Part shown: positions 39,022 through 48,417 of the stretch, piece by piece | How positions within the stretch are numbered: the stretch's first letter is position 1 | Layout of the letters: the number at the start of each line of letters is the position of its first letter | The notes under the pieces: model-generated | Databases searched by the model: none | What the model was told of the DNA's origin: nothing | The model's input: the letters and a program-made list of their open reading frames with translations, nothing else | Made by a program: the position numbers and the translations under genes | DNA from: an uncultured Eubacteriales bacterium | GTDB taxonomy: Bacteria > Bacillota > Clostridia > Oscillospirales > CAG-272 | DNA length: 64,000 bases | NCBI GenBank assembly: GCA_934402395.1 | Contig: CAKRTQ010000002.1 | Location: 15,372 to 79,371, forward strand | Direction: 5' to 3'

Positions 39022-40472
39022 TTGTTTACCTTATCGATGAATTTTTTGATATCCCCCTCGACAGCGCCCTTGACCGAGGCGACATACGACGCTATTCCGC
39101 GGTCATTTGCCACCATCATACCGTTAATCGCGGTTGCATAGTCGACCGATGATTCAACGGGAACGGTGTACGCGATGTTGGAGTATATGATGTCAAGCGT
39201 CTGCCACGAAAGTGCGTCACGGCTCGTTCTTCCGTAAAGTCTCACCTCAAAGTAAGCTGTGCGCACCGTGTCGTGCGAAATATACGACATTGCCTCAAGA
39301 ATGAATCCCGTTCTCTCGGCATCTGCCGTGCGTGACGGCACCATTATGGCATACGGGTTGGGCGCATTGCAAATGTACTTCTCCTGGTCAACGTCATATT
39401 TGGGAAGCGGCAAGAAACCGAAATCCGATGACATACTCTGACGCATCGTATTTGAACTGACGATCGTGGTCAGAAGGAAAAGCGCATGACCGTTGACAAA
39501 CATATTTGTCGCCTTTGTGTTCTTTGAGCATCCGGTGTAGAAGAAGTTGTCTCCGAACATAACGTCAAGTATCTTGCCATAGACATTGCCGAAACGCTCC
39601 GTCGTGAAATACGCATACGGCAGCGAGGTCGCATCATCGATCTTGATATAGCTTGCATCGCAACCGCTCAGAAGCGCGCTGAGGGATGTTGACGGCACAC
39701 CGACCACGGGATAGATGTCGTCCTCGTTGGCAACACCGTCGCCGTTATCCTCGTATACATCCTTGGCGTAGGTAAACATCTCGTCAAGCGTCCAGCTTCC
39801 GTCGATGGCTTTTTTGTAAAGCTCATCTGTGCTCATGCTATGCTTTTTCATCAATGCCTGATTGAAGTAAATGCAACGCACCGAGTCAAACTGGGTCGTA
39901 TCCATATCGCTGTATGTGTAATAAAGATGCTGACCGTATCTGAGTTGCGCATTAGCGCTCTGATCCCACCACGCTTTTTCAAGAGAAATGTTGTTTATGC
40001 CGGCAAGATCGTAGCAATAGCCCGCCAATGCAAGCTTTGAAACATTTGTTGTGTTTATCATAGCAATATCAAACGAGCCGGAACCGGACGTAATATCCTT
40101 TTCTACTGTTGAATACTGCTGCGATGTGGCTATGGGAAGCTCGCACACGTCAACGCCGTAACGATCCTTCATTATGGCTCCGCGACGGTATATCGCCGTA
40201 TCAAGGGCATCGCCCGCGCCGCCGTCCTCGCTCACCATTGTGCAGGTGGTAAAAAGTGTGGTAGCGCTCGAAAAACCATTGAGAATAATGAATTTACCGG
40301 CATATTCCATGCTCTCGTCTGGAAGGTCAAAGCTTTGCGCGGGATCGACTGTCGCCGTCGGGGCGGTGGTTCCACCCCCGGCGGTCGTGACGTTCGGATC
40401 TCCTTTTACACCGCATGAAGCAAGCGATGCAAGCATAACGGCGGCAAGGACAACAATCGCAATTTTTTTCAT
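39018..40472 (-). CDS. Extracellular solute-binding lipoprotein (ABC-type SBP) with no cognate permease nearby
   Basis: Lipobox LASLASCG, about 480 aa with family-1 SBP-like size. No permease or ATPase in the operon. Confidence 0.7.
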   Translation of the reverse strand: MKKIAIVVLAAVMLASLASCGVKGDPNVTTAGGGTTAPTATVDPAQSFDLPDESMEYAGKFIILNGFSSATTLFTTCTMVSEDGGAGDALDTAIYRRGAIMKDRYGVDVCELPIATSQQYSTVEKDITSGSGSFDIAMINTTNVSKLALAGYCYDLAGINNISLEKAWWDQSANAQLRYGQHLYYTYSDMDTTQFDSVRCIYFNQALMKKHSMSTDELYKKAIDGSWTLDEMFTYAKDVYEDNGDGVANEDDIYPVVGVPSTSLSALLSGCDASYIKIDDATSLPYAYFTTERFGNVYGKILDVMFGDNFFYTGCSKNTKATNMFVNGHALFLLTTIVSSNTMRQSMSSDFGFLPLPKYDVDQEKYICNAPNPYAIMVPSRTADAERTGFILEAMSYISHDTVRTAYFEVRLYGRTSRDALSWQTLDIIYSNIAYTVPVESSVDYATAINGMMVANDRGIASYVASVKGAVEGDIKKFIDKVNK

Positions 40473-40505
40473 TGTAAACCGATACTTTTTTATTCGGGAC
40501 TACGC

Positions 40506-41366
40506 TCAGGCGTTCTCGCGTTTGCGGAGAACGACAGCAGCAACGGATGCAACTGCGGCAACGGCAATTGCGGCAGCAACTATGACGCCGGCGCCATCGC
40601 CTGTATCAGGGCTTGTGGGGGCATCGGTCACGGGAGCTTCGGTAGCAGGTGCTTCAGTCACAACGGGAGCCTCGGTTGCGGGCGCCTCGGTCACGACCGG
40701 TGCTTCTGTAGCCGGCGCTTCGGTTACAACAGGAGCCTCTGTTACTACGGGAGCAGAAGCATAATCACCGCTTGCGCTCTTGAACGCGAAAAATGTAGCG
40801 GGAATGCCGTCGATATTTGCACTGCGCAGGAAGTCCACGCGGATATAAATGCGGGATTTACCGGTAGCCTGAGCAGAGACATCAATGCTTCTCACAAGCT
40901 CAGGATCACGGTTTGTGGGATCGGCGGCATTGAGACCTGTTCCTGCCGTGCTGTCATTTATGAGCGTGCCGACAAGAGTCCAGTTGGCTTCATTGTATCC
41001 GGCAGCATAGTCCGCTTCACCGACGGTGGAAACATAGAACTTTATGTAATTGGTCGCGCTCTCGCCTATGGAATAGCCGCGATAGTCGATCTTAAGCGTG
41101 TCAAAAAGCTTTCCGTCCGCAGCATCGAAAGCAAAAACGGAGGTAGATTTCTTTCCGACCGAGCCTACAAAGCCCTTGTACCCCATCGTCTTGGAGTTGC
41201 CGGCTGCTTTCATGTTGACAGTGTAAAGCAGCGAGCCTGAGTATGTCGACTCATCGAGAAAGTCAAATTCCTTTTCATAATCGGCTGCAAATGCAGTGAG
41301 AGCCAGCATGCCCATGAGCACGAGAGAGATTACTGCGGTTACGAGAGATAAGATTCTTTTTTTCAT
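40506..41366 (-). CDS. Cell-wall-anchored surface protein with an SPDTG sorting signal
   Basis: True start MKKRILSLVTAVISLVLMGMLALTAFA at 41366 (GGGGAAAA RBS). C-terminus is SPDTG (40599-40613), then a hydrophobic stretch, then RKRENA. Confidence 0.75.
   Translation of the reverse strand: MKKRILSLVTAVISLVLMGMLALTAFAADYEKEFDFLDESTYSGSLLYTVNMKAAGNSKTMGYKGFVGSVGKKSTSVFAFDAADGKLFDTLKIDYRGYSIGESATNYIKFYVSTVGEADYAAGYNEANWTLVGTLINDSTAGTGLNAADPTNRDPELVRSIDVSAQATGKSRIYIRVDFLRSANIDGIPATFFAFKSASGDYASAPVVTEAPVVTEAPATEAPVVTEAPATEAPVVTEAPATEAPVTDAPTSPDTGDGAGVIVAAAIAVAAVASVAAVVLRKRENA
40614..40757 (-). repeat. In-frame tandem repeats encoding (EAPVVTEAPAT)n stalk
   Basis: SAPVVTEAPVVTEAPATEAPVVTEAPATEAPVVTEAPATEAPVTDAPT; 33-nt period visible in the DNA. 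Confidence 0.85.
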
Positions 41367-41430
41367 TGTTTTTTCCCCTTGTGATTGATTATTTTTCACG
41401 GCATTACGCCGCAGGTTACTGAATATACGG

Positions 41431-42282
41431 TCAAAGAATGATCTCAAGACCGTCATACGCCGGCTCCATGCCGAACCCACGCGCTTCTTCAGCCACTTCA
41501 TCGTGAGTCTGTTCAAGCAGATGACCGATGTGGCTGAGATAAAAACGTGTGTGACCGTCCGCTCTGCCCATTTTCTCAAGAACCGCTTTCATTTCCGCGC
41601 ATTGCTCAATGTCCATGTGCGCTGCGGTAATGAGTTTTCCGCGTCCGAGTGTGCAGTCAAGAGAAACGAGATCAAAAATATGAGGATACCCGGCAAGCCA
41701 TTCGGTCACGCTCGGGTAAAAGACTCCGGTATCGTGTGCCCAGAGAATGTGCTTGTCTTCTGCCGTGTTATCGATCACATATATCACAGATTCCACTCCC
41801 TGCGCGTGGCGCGCTTTAAGAGCGGTAAAAACATATTCTCCGACCGTAAACGGAACGCCTACCTCCACCGGATGATATTCTATCCTGAAATCCGAGGTGC
41901 GTATCTTTTTTCCCGAGGCATACGCTGCTTCAAAGCTGTCGATAGTCTCGCACATTTTTGCCGCAGATGCTTTTGTGGCATAAACACGCAATGGAGGCGT
42001 ATAGCCCTGTGGACGGCTGAACAGATCCTGCGGCAGGAAATGATCGTAATGTCCGTGCGTTACAACTATATCGTTTATGCGACGCATATCGAGCCCGCAG
42101 TAAGCTGTATGCAAAAAAGCATCGACCGGGAACTCGATCGATATTCTGTCATCGATAACAGCCTGCGAGCGAGTGCGTATTTCCCTGCCGCCGACCTCGC
42201 GGGCATGGCGGCACACCCGGCAGTCACAGAATATCTCCGGTATTCCGCCACCGCCGCCTGTTCCGAAATATTTCAGCCTCAT
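41431..42282 (-). CDS. Cytoplasmic MBL-fold metallo-hydrolase (PhnP-like)
   Basis: MRLKYFGTGGGGGIPEIFCDCRVCRHAR Zn-finger-like N-terminus; VVTHGHYDHF motif. Confidence 0.8.
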   Translation of the reverse strand: MRLKYFGTGGGGGIPEIFCDCRVCRHAREVGGREIRTRSQAVIDDRISIEFPVDAFLHTAYCGLDMRRINDIVVTHGHYDHFLPQDLFSRPQGYTPPLRVYATKASAAKMCETIDSFEAAYASGKKIRTSDFRIEYHPVEVGVPFTVGEYVFTALKARHAQGVESVIYVIDNTAEDKHILWAHDTGVFYPSVTEWLAGYPHIFDLVSLDCTLGRGKLITAAHMDIEQCAEMKAVLEKMGRADGHTRFYLSHIGHLLEQTHDEVAEEARGFGMEPAYDGLEIIL

Positions 42283-42509
42283 AGTGACGTATTTATCTCC
42301 TTAGTTTTATATTGCGATCAAGATGCGGAACGTTCCGATTTTGGTTCAAATAAAAAATCAAACGCCGCGCATCAACACAGCATAGATCGGCATCTGATTT
42401 TTTATCAATAACATTATACCACATCTGCGGGATTTGTCAATCGTTAAATCATACAAGTGTGAATATGTTTTTTTGTGCATTTGTAATAATAAAGCCGCTT
42501 GACGCCCCG

Positions 42510-43541
42510 TTATAGCTTGGCAACCGAGCCACGCTCGACAAGATACGGTTTCATATAGGTGTTTTCCGGAAAGTCTGAGACGTCTCCGCCGACACGTCTC
42601 AGCATTAGAGAGGCGCCGAGTATACCCATTTCCTCTTTTCTTATATTTACGGCAGTGATCCCGGGGGATGCATAGCCGTACACGACCGAATCCTCGTGAC
42701 CTATTACCGAAATATCTTCGGGAACTTTTATTCCGTTATCGTAAAAATACCGCATAACACCCATGGTCGTTGAAACATTTGCGCAAATCAACGCATCGGG
42801 CATTCCGACACGTCCGAACAGCTCAGCGACCGCGTGCATACCCGAAAGCCCCGTATTTGATGCTCCGTACACAATATAATCAGGGTCCGGCTCCATTCCC
42901 GCATCACGCAGCGTCTCAACGTATCCTTTTACACGTTCGGCACTGGAAGAAAATGAAGGCGAGCAGTTTACAAGACCGATCTTTTTATGCCCGTTTTCAA
43001 GCATATACTGCACTGCTATACGGACGGAATCGACTATATCAACCATAAATGAATCCATGTCATTGCGAACGGTTCCGAGCAACACGACAGGAATCTGTCT
43101 GTCGCCGGTGATCATATGCATATCAAACCCACAATGCAACGAGCCTATTACAAAAAGCCCGTCAACACGGCTGTCACGGACCATCTGAGGCAGTTTGCCC
43201 GATCTCTGATCGTAAAGCTCGGTTATAAGCCCGTAATCTGTCCCAGAAAGCCGCTCGACGATACCGTCAATAACGTTTTGGGGATATATGCCCGACTCGC
43301 GGTCGAATTCATAGTTGCGTCTGCCGGTATCCGGAGAAAGAACGAGTGCGCCGAGTATATTGGAGCGTTTTTTTACAAAATTACGCGCATTGAAATTAGG
43401 AACATAATGCAGCTCTTCAATGGCATTCATTATCCGCTCGCGCGTTTCTTTTTTTATTCCGTCCTTACCACACAAAACCGCCGAGACCGTTGTCTTGGAC
43501 ACGCCCGCGCGGCGCGCAACATCAATTATCGTTACAGACAT
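42510..43541 (-). CDS. LacI-family transcriptional regulator
   Basis: MSVTIIDVARRAGVSKTTVSAVL HTH plus a periplasmic-binding-like domain. Confidence 0.9.
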   Translation of the reverse strand: MSVTIIDVARRAGVSKTTVSAVLCGKDGIKKETRERIMNAIEELHYVPNFNARNFVKKRSNILGALVLSPDTGRRNYEFDRESGIYPQNVIDGIVERLSGTDYGLITELYDQRSGKLPQMVRDSRVDGLFVIGSLHCGFDMHMITGDRQIPVVLLGTVRNDMDSFMVDIVDSVRIAVQYMLENGHKKIGLVNCSPSFSSSAERVKGYVETLRDAGMEPDPDYIVYGASNTGLSGMHAVAELFGRVGMPDALICANVSTTMGVMRYFYDNGIKVPEDISVIGHEDSVVYGYASPGITAVNIRKEEMGILGASLMLRRVGGDVSDFPENTYMKPYLVERGSVAKL

Positions 43542-43557
43542 TTATTCTTCCCTACCG

Positions 43558-44637
43558 TCACTGAATGAACATCGCGTCGCCAAAGCTGAAAAAGCGATAT
43601 TTTTCTTCCACGGCAAGTCGATATGCATCAAGCATTTTTTCACGGTTGTAAAATGCGCTGACAAGCATCAGAAGGGTGCTTTCAGGCAGGTGAAAATTCG
43701 TTATCAGTGCATCGACCATTTTGAATCTGTACCCCGGATAAATGAATATCCCGGTATCCGCGCTCATTGCGTGCAGGATCCCATTCTCATCCGATGCGCT
43801 TTCAAGCGTGCGGCACGATGTAGTGCCGACGGCTATTATCCGTCCGCCTGCGGCGCGGCGCGCATTTATCGTCTTTGCCGCATCTTCGCTGACAGAAAAA
43901 AACTCCGTGTGCATGATATGCTCCGATACCTTGTCCGCTTTGACCGGCCGGAAGGTCCCAAGCCCGACGTGAAGCATGACCGGCACAACAGCTACGCCCA
44001 TTGCACGTATTTTGTCAAGCAGCCCGTTCGTAAAATGCAGCCCCGCTGTCGGAGCCGCCGCCGATCCTTCTTCGCGCGAATAAACCGTCTGATATCTCTC
44101 TGCGTCCGCAAGACGCTCTTTTATGTACGGAGGCAGCGGCATAAGACCTATCTCGTGAAGCAGCACATATGAATTCTGATATACCGAACGGTCATATTCA
44201 AAACGAACCATTCTGTTTCCTTCTTCAATTATATCCGTGACTTCCGCAATCAGCTTTCCGTCACCGAAAACAAGCCTTGCTCCGATCTTTGCACGTTTCC
44301 CGGGCTTTACGAGTGTTTCCCACTCGTCGGCGCCGTGCTGACGCAGTAAAAGCAGCTCTATTGCCGCGTCCGGTCTGCCCTCGGCATGACCGTACAAACG
44401 CGCCGGGATGACTCGCGAGTCATTGATGACAAGGGTATCTGTCGGAAGCAGGTAATCGGTTATATCATAAAAGTGCCGGTGTTCTATCTTCCCTGTTGCG
44501 CGGTCAATGACCATCAGCCGCGATGCATCGCGCACCTCGGTCGGATGCTGTGCAATCAGCTCCTCGGGAAGATCATAATAAAAATCATGTGTGGACAGGT
44601 CGGTGTCCGGTTTTTTGTTTATAATTACATCGCTCAA
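43558..44637 (-). CDS. queA: S-adenosylmethionine:tRNA ribosyltransferase-isomerase
   Basis: [25 protein letters not shown]; PLPPYI; [11 protein letters not shown]-terminus. Confidence 0.95.
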   Translation of the reverse strand: MSDVIINKKPDTDLSTHDFYYDLPEELIAQHPTEVRDASRLMVIDRATGKIEHRHFYDITDYLLPTDTLVINDSRVIPARLYGHAEGRPDAAIELLLLRQHGADEWETLVKPGKRAKIGARLVFGDGKLIAEVTDIIEEGNRMVRFEYDRSVYQNSYVLLHEIGLMPLPPYIKERLADAERYQTVYSREEGSAAAPTAGLHFTNGLLDKIRAMGVAVVPVMLHVGLGTFRPVKADKVSEHIMHTEFFSVSEDAAKTINARRAAGGRIIAVGTTSCRTLESASDENGILHAMSADTGIFIYPGYRFKMVDALITNFHLPESTLLMLVSAFYNREKMLDAYRLAVEEKYRFFSFGDAMFIQ

Positions 44638-44795
44638 CTTGAATAAGCCGTGCCTTTCTTGTTATTTTCATCCGCTCTATCACGCGGGACCGCTCTTGCA
44701 TATATTATATAACAAAAGATGTTTTTTTGCAACATCATATTTAAGGCATGAGAGTTGATTCTTTTCGGCCGCCATACGAGAGGTTTTGGACAGAA

Positions 44796-45710
44796 ATGAG
44801 CAGATACACCTTATTTACAGGCGTCGGAACGGCACTTGTGACCCCGTTTGACGATTCCGGACATATTGACTTCGATGCGCTCAGCAAACTCATCGACCGC
44901 CAGATCGATGGAGGCGCCGATGCGCTCATAATGACAGGCACAACCGGAGAGGCGCCGGTGCTTTCGGCAGATGAGAAAAAGGAGATGTGGCGTTTCGCGC
45001 GCGCAAGGATCGACGGCGGAAAGCGCAAAATAAAACTTATAGCCGGAAGCGGCGGGAACAATACCGAAACAGCCGCAGCACTTTCGCACGAAGCAGAGCT
45101 TGCCGGTGCGGACGGCTTGCTTATAGTTACTCCGTATTACAATAAAAGCTCGCAAGACGGACTCTGCGAGCATTACCGCAGAATTGCTGGAGCAACATCT
45201 CTTCCTATCATCGTTTATACGGTCCCGTCGCGCACGGGCGTAAATATTACGCCGGCAGCGTGGCGCGAGATTGCCGCAATTCCGAATGTTATAGGCGTCA
45301 AAGACGCAACGGGGGACCTAAGGCACACCGCGCGGCTTGCGGCATCGCTCGGCGATGAAACGCATCCCGATGCACTTGCAATATATTCCGGAGACGACGA
45401 ACTGACGCTTCCGGTGCTTTCCTACGGCGGCTGCGGCGTGATATCGGTGGTATCAAACATAATCCCCGGAGATATGCACGAACTGTGCCGTCTGTTCTTT
45501 GAAGGGAAAAATGACGCAGCACTGCGTCTGTGGCGCAGGATAAACGACCTCACGGCGGCAATGTTCTGTGATGTCAACCCAATACCGGTAAAGGCGGCAT
45601 TGTCTGAAATGGGACTATGCAAGCCCTACCTTCGGCTTCCGCTCATACCGCTCGCAGAGGAAAAAAAGAACTCTGTTATAAACGCACTGCGAACCGCAGG
45701 CGTACTGTAA
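44796..45710 (+). CDS. dapA: 4-hydroxy-tetrahydrodipicolinate synthase
   Basis: Start MSRYTLFTGVGTALVTPF at 44796. Motifs GTTGE, YYNK; a KDA motif (IGVKDATG) in the region where DapA carries its Schiff-base Lys. Confidence 0.9.
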   Translation: MSRYTLFTGVGTALVTPFDDSGHIDFDALSKLIDRQIDGGADALIMTGTTGEAPVLSADEKKEMWRFARARIDGGKRKIKLIAGSGGNNTETAAALSHEAELAGADGLLIVTPYYNKSSQDGLCEHYRRIAGATSLPIIVYTVPSRTGVNITPAAWREIAAIPNVIGVKDATGDLRHTARLAASLGDETHPDALAIYSGDDELTLPVLSYGGCGVISVVSNIIPGDMHELCRLFFEGKNDAALRLWRRINDLTAAMFCDVNPIPVKAALSEMGLCKPYLRLPLIPLAEEKKNSVINALRTAGVL

Positions 45711-45740
45711 AATTCAAAGGGCGCTGCCGAAAACAATGTC

Positions 45741-45796
45741 GACGGGTGTGTTGAAAAACTCAAAATGATTTTTTCAACACACCCGTCTCTTTTTTG
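45741..45796 (+). terminator. Rho-independent terminator of dapA
   Basis: 18-bp stem gacgggtgtgttgaaaaa/tttttcaacacacccgtc, followed by tcTTTTTT. Confidence 0.85.
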
Positions 45797-45848
45797 TCCG
45801 TGAGCTTTGATCGATGTGTCGTAAAAGACAGTTTTTTGTGGAATAAAC

Positions 45849-45877
45849 TTGACAAAATGCATGAACTAATATATAAT
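45849..45877 (+). promoter_or_regulatory. Perfect consensus promoter (TTGACA-17-TATAAT) for the TIR/TPR gene
   Basis: TTGACA 45849-45854, TATAAT 45872-45877, about 100-nt 5' UTR, GGAGG RBS at 45966-45970. Confidence 0.7.
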
Positions 45878-45978
45878 AGTCTTATTAATGTTGCGCAAAT
45901 GATACCATGATGCACGAATTTATGAAGTATTCTTCACACATGCGGAATTTACACATCATAAAAACGGAGGAATGACAA

Positions 45979-48399
45979 ATGAACAGCACAAACAACGGAG
46001 CGGCAAGCTACATGAAGGTGAAAACGCGCGGCGGTGCACGCCCGAATGGCAAGCGCAGGGTGTATTTCACCTGTCACCCGAAAGATTTCGATCTGTATTT
46101 CGATAAGGTCTGCGAGGACATATTCAAAACGCAGGATTGTGCGATTTATTACACCGCAGATATGACGGCGCCGATCCCGGAGCAGTATCTTGAATCTGAC
46201 CTCGGACAGATGAGCCTTTTCGTTATGCCGGTAACACACAGATTGCTGTCAGAGAAGAACCGCGCGATGGATTTTGACTTTGTGTTTGCAACATCAGAAA
46301 ATCACCTGATACCGGTTCTACCCCTGATGATGGAAATAAACGTTGACGAAAGAATTAAAAATCTTTACAAAGATAAGTTTGAGCAAAGGCAGTATTACAG
46401 CCCTTACGATCGCGATCTTACCGCGATAAGCTATGAGGAAAAGCTGAAAAAATATCTTTCATCCATATTGCTTGATGATGATACAGTAGAGAGGATCCGC
46501 AAAGCATTTGACGCGTATATCTTCCTCAGCTATCGGAAAAAGGACCGACATCACGCAAATGAGCTGATGGGGCTGATACATAAAAATCCGATGTACCGCG
46601 ATGTTGCGATATGGTATGACGAATTCCTGACGCCGGGAGAAAATTTTGAAAAAGAGATCCAAAAAGCGCTGGACAAGAGCGAGTTGTTCACACTGCTTGT
46701 AACGCCGAATCTTGTCAACGAGCAAAACTATGTTCAGACAACGGAATACCCCTATGCGCATGAGAAAGCGCAAAAGCCCATTCTGCCCGCCGAAATGGTG
46801 GAAACTGACAAAGAAAAGCTTAAAAAACAGTATCCAGGTGTTACTGACTGTGTTGACGCGCATACGGAGGAGCTTGATGCGGCTATTCTTAACGGACTGA
46901 AAATGATATCTCTTCGCGCAAACGAGGATGACCCCGAACATTGCTATCTCATTGGACTTGCTTATCTTGACGGCATTGACGTTGAAGTAAACAGGGAATA
47001 CGCTTTTGAGCTGATCACCTCTGCAGCGGAAGCGGATTTGCCCGAAGCGATGGAAAAGCTCTTTAATATGTATCGTAAAGGTGATAAGATAAACCTTGAC
47101 TACAGCAAAGCGCTGAAGTGGGCGCAGAGACTGTATGAATTCTACCTGAAAACAGAGGGTGAAAAAGGACGGACAACACTGGCGTGGCTCAGCAATCTTG
47201 CTTATATGTATGGCGAGCTTGGTGATCATCAAAAGCAATTGGAGCTTAATGAAAAAGCGTATGCGCTGAGATGCGAGGTGTTCGGAGAGAGAGATCCGGA
47301 TACGCTCACATCGCTGAGCAATCTGGCATCAACATACGGCAAGCGTGGCAATCATCAAAAGCAACTGGAGCTTAATGAAAAAGCGTATGCGCTGAGATGC
47401 GAGATGTTCGGAGAGAAACATCCGGATACGCTGACATCGCTGAACAATCTGGCGGGAGCATACGGCGAGCTGGGCAATCATCAAAAGCAACTGGAGCTTA
47501 CAAAAAAAGTGTATGCACTGAGCTGCGAGGTACTTGGAGAGAAACATCCGGATACGCTGTCATCGCTGAACAACTTGGCGTGCACATACGGCAAACTTGG
47601 CGATCATCGGAAAGCATTGGAGCTTAATGAAAAAGCGTATGCTCTGAGATGTGAAGTTTTCGGAGAGAAGCATCCGGATACGCTGACATCGCTGAGCAAT
47701 CTGGCGTACACATACGGCGATTTGGGCGATCATAAAAAGCAACTGCTGAATAAAAAAGCGTATGCGCTTATGTGTGAAGTTCTCGGAGAGAAGCATCCGG
47801 ATACGCTCACATCGCTGAACAACCTGGCAGTGACATACGCCGAGCTTGGCGATCATCAAAAGGCGCTGGAGCTTAATGAAAAAGCGTATGCGCTGAGATG
47901 CGAAGTTCTCGGAGAGAAACATCCGGATACGCTGCAATCGTTGAACAATCTGGCGTACACATACGGCAAACTCGGCGATCATCAAAAGGCAGCAGAGCTG
48001 TTTGAAAAAGTGTATGCACTGATGTGCGAGGTGATCGGAGAGAAGCATCCGGATACGCTGACATCGCTGAACAACCTGGCGTACACATACGGCGAACTCG
48101 GTGATCATCAAAAGCAACTGGAGCTTAATGAAAAAGCGTATGCGCTGAGATGCGAAGTTCTCGGAGAGAAGCATCAGAATACGCTGAACTCGCTGAACAA
48201 TCTGGCATATACGTACGGCGAAGTGGGAAACTACTCGAAATCTGCCGGCTTATGGGGAAAGCTATATGTACTTCAGTGTGAAGTATTCGGCGCAGAACAT
48301 GCCAAAGCTCAAAAGACGCTCGTGCGTTGGGCAGACAGCTGCGAACAGATGGGCGATACTCAAAAAGCCGCTGAGATACGCGCACGCATTATCGGTTGA
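45979..48399 (+). CDS. Tandem TIR-like / Sel1-like / TPR-array protein (806 aa), no NTPase domain
   Basis: aa 178-272 is TIR_2-like (DAYIFLSYRKKD...LFTLLVTPNLVNEQNYVQTTEYPYA). aa 25-118 is a degenerate copy (RRVYFTCHPKD...LFVMPVTHRLL). aa 318-390 is Sel1-like. aa 398-795 holds 9-10 x 42-aa KLC-type TPR units. Confidence 0.75.
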   Translation: MNSTNNGAASYMKVKTRGGARPNGKRRVYFTCHPKDFDLYFDKVCEDIFKTQDCAIYYTADMTAPIPEQYLESDLGQMSLFVMPVTHRLLSEKNRAMDFDFVFATSENHLIPVLPLMMEINVDERIKNLYKDKFEQRQYYSPYDRDLTAISYEEKLKKYLSSILLDDDTVERIRKAFDAYIFLSYRKKDRHHANELMGLIHKNPMYRDVAIWYDEFLTPGENFEKEIQKALDKSELFTLLVTPNLVNEQNYVQTTEYPYAHEKAQKPILPAEMVETDKEKLKKQYPGVTDCVDAHTEELDAAILNGLKMISLRANEDDPEHCYLIGLAYLDGIDVEVNREYAFELITSAAEADLPEAMEKLFNMYRKGDKINLDYSKALKWAQRLYEFYLKTEGEKGRTTLAWLSNLAYMYGELGDHQKQLELNEKAYALRCEVFGERDPDTLTSLSNLASTYGKRGNHQKQLELNEKAYALRCEMFGEKHPDTLTSLNNLAGAYGELGNHQKQLELTKKVYALSCEVLGEKHPDTLSSLNNLACTYGKLGDHRKALELNEKAYALRCEVFGEKHPDTLTSLSNLAYTYGDLGDHKKQLLNKKAYALMCEVLGEKHPDTLTSLNNLAVTYAELGDHQKALELNEKAYALRCEVLGEKHPDTLQSLNNLAYTYGKLGDHQKAAELFEKVYALMCEVIGEKHPDTLTSLNNLAYTYGELGDHQKQLELNEKAYALRCEVLGEKHQNTLNSLNNLAYTYGEVGNYSKSAGLWGKLYVLQCEVFGAEHAKAQKTLVRWADSCEQMGDTQKAAEIRARIIG
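47170..48363 (+). repeat. In-frame 126-bp tandem repeat array (TPR units)
   Basis: gagcttaatgaaaaagcgtatgc.ctgagatg recurs at 47242, 47368, 47620, 47869 and 48121. Spacings are 126, 252, 249 and 252; one unit lacks a codon. Confidence 0.9.
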
Positions 48400-48417
48400 T
48401 CAGTGTGATAATTTTCA

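Noticed and set aside
44638-44795. Possible lysine (L-box) riboswitch upstream of dapA
   Set aside because: The intergenic region is only about 155 nt and AT-rich. It lacks the multi-helix GC-rich L-box core that I would expect.
47170-48363. Periodic 126-bp repeats considered as a possible CRISPR or other non-coding array
   Set aside because: The repeats are contiguous with no unique spacers. They are in frame with the upstream ORF and translate into canonical 42-aa TPR helix pairs.
46459-48385. Long antisense ORFs inside the TIR/TPR gene (46459..47238, 47329..47547, 47560..48174, 47873..48088, 48125..48385)
   Set aside because: They lie opposite a well-supported sense ORF. Their repetitive, motif-free sequences mirror the 126-bp repeat. 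No RBS or promoter was seen. The stop-free antisense frames are a by-product of the repeat composition.
45979-48399. Calling the TIR gene a Thoeris (ThsB) system
   Set aside because: No ThsA-like (SIR2/Macro-SLOG) gene or any other partner lies within its transcription unit or on either flank. The C-terminal Sel1/TPR fusion is not the ThsB layout.
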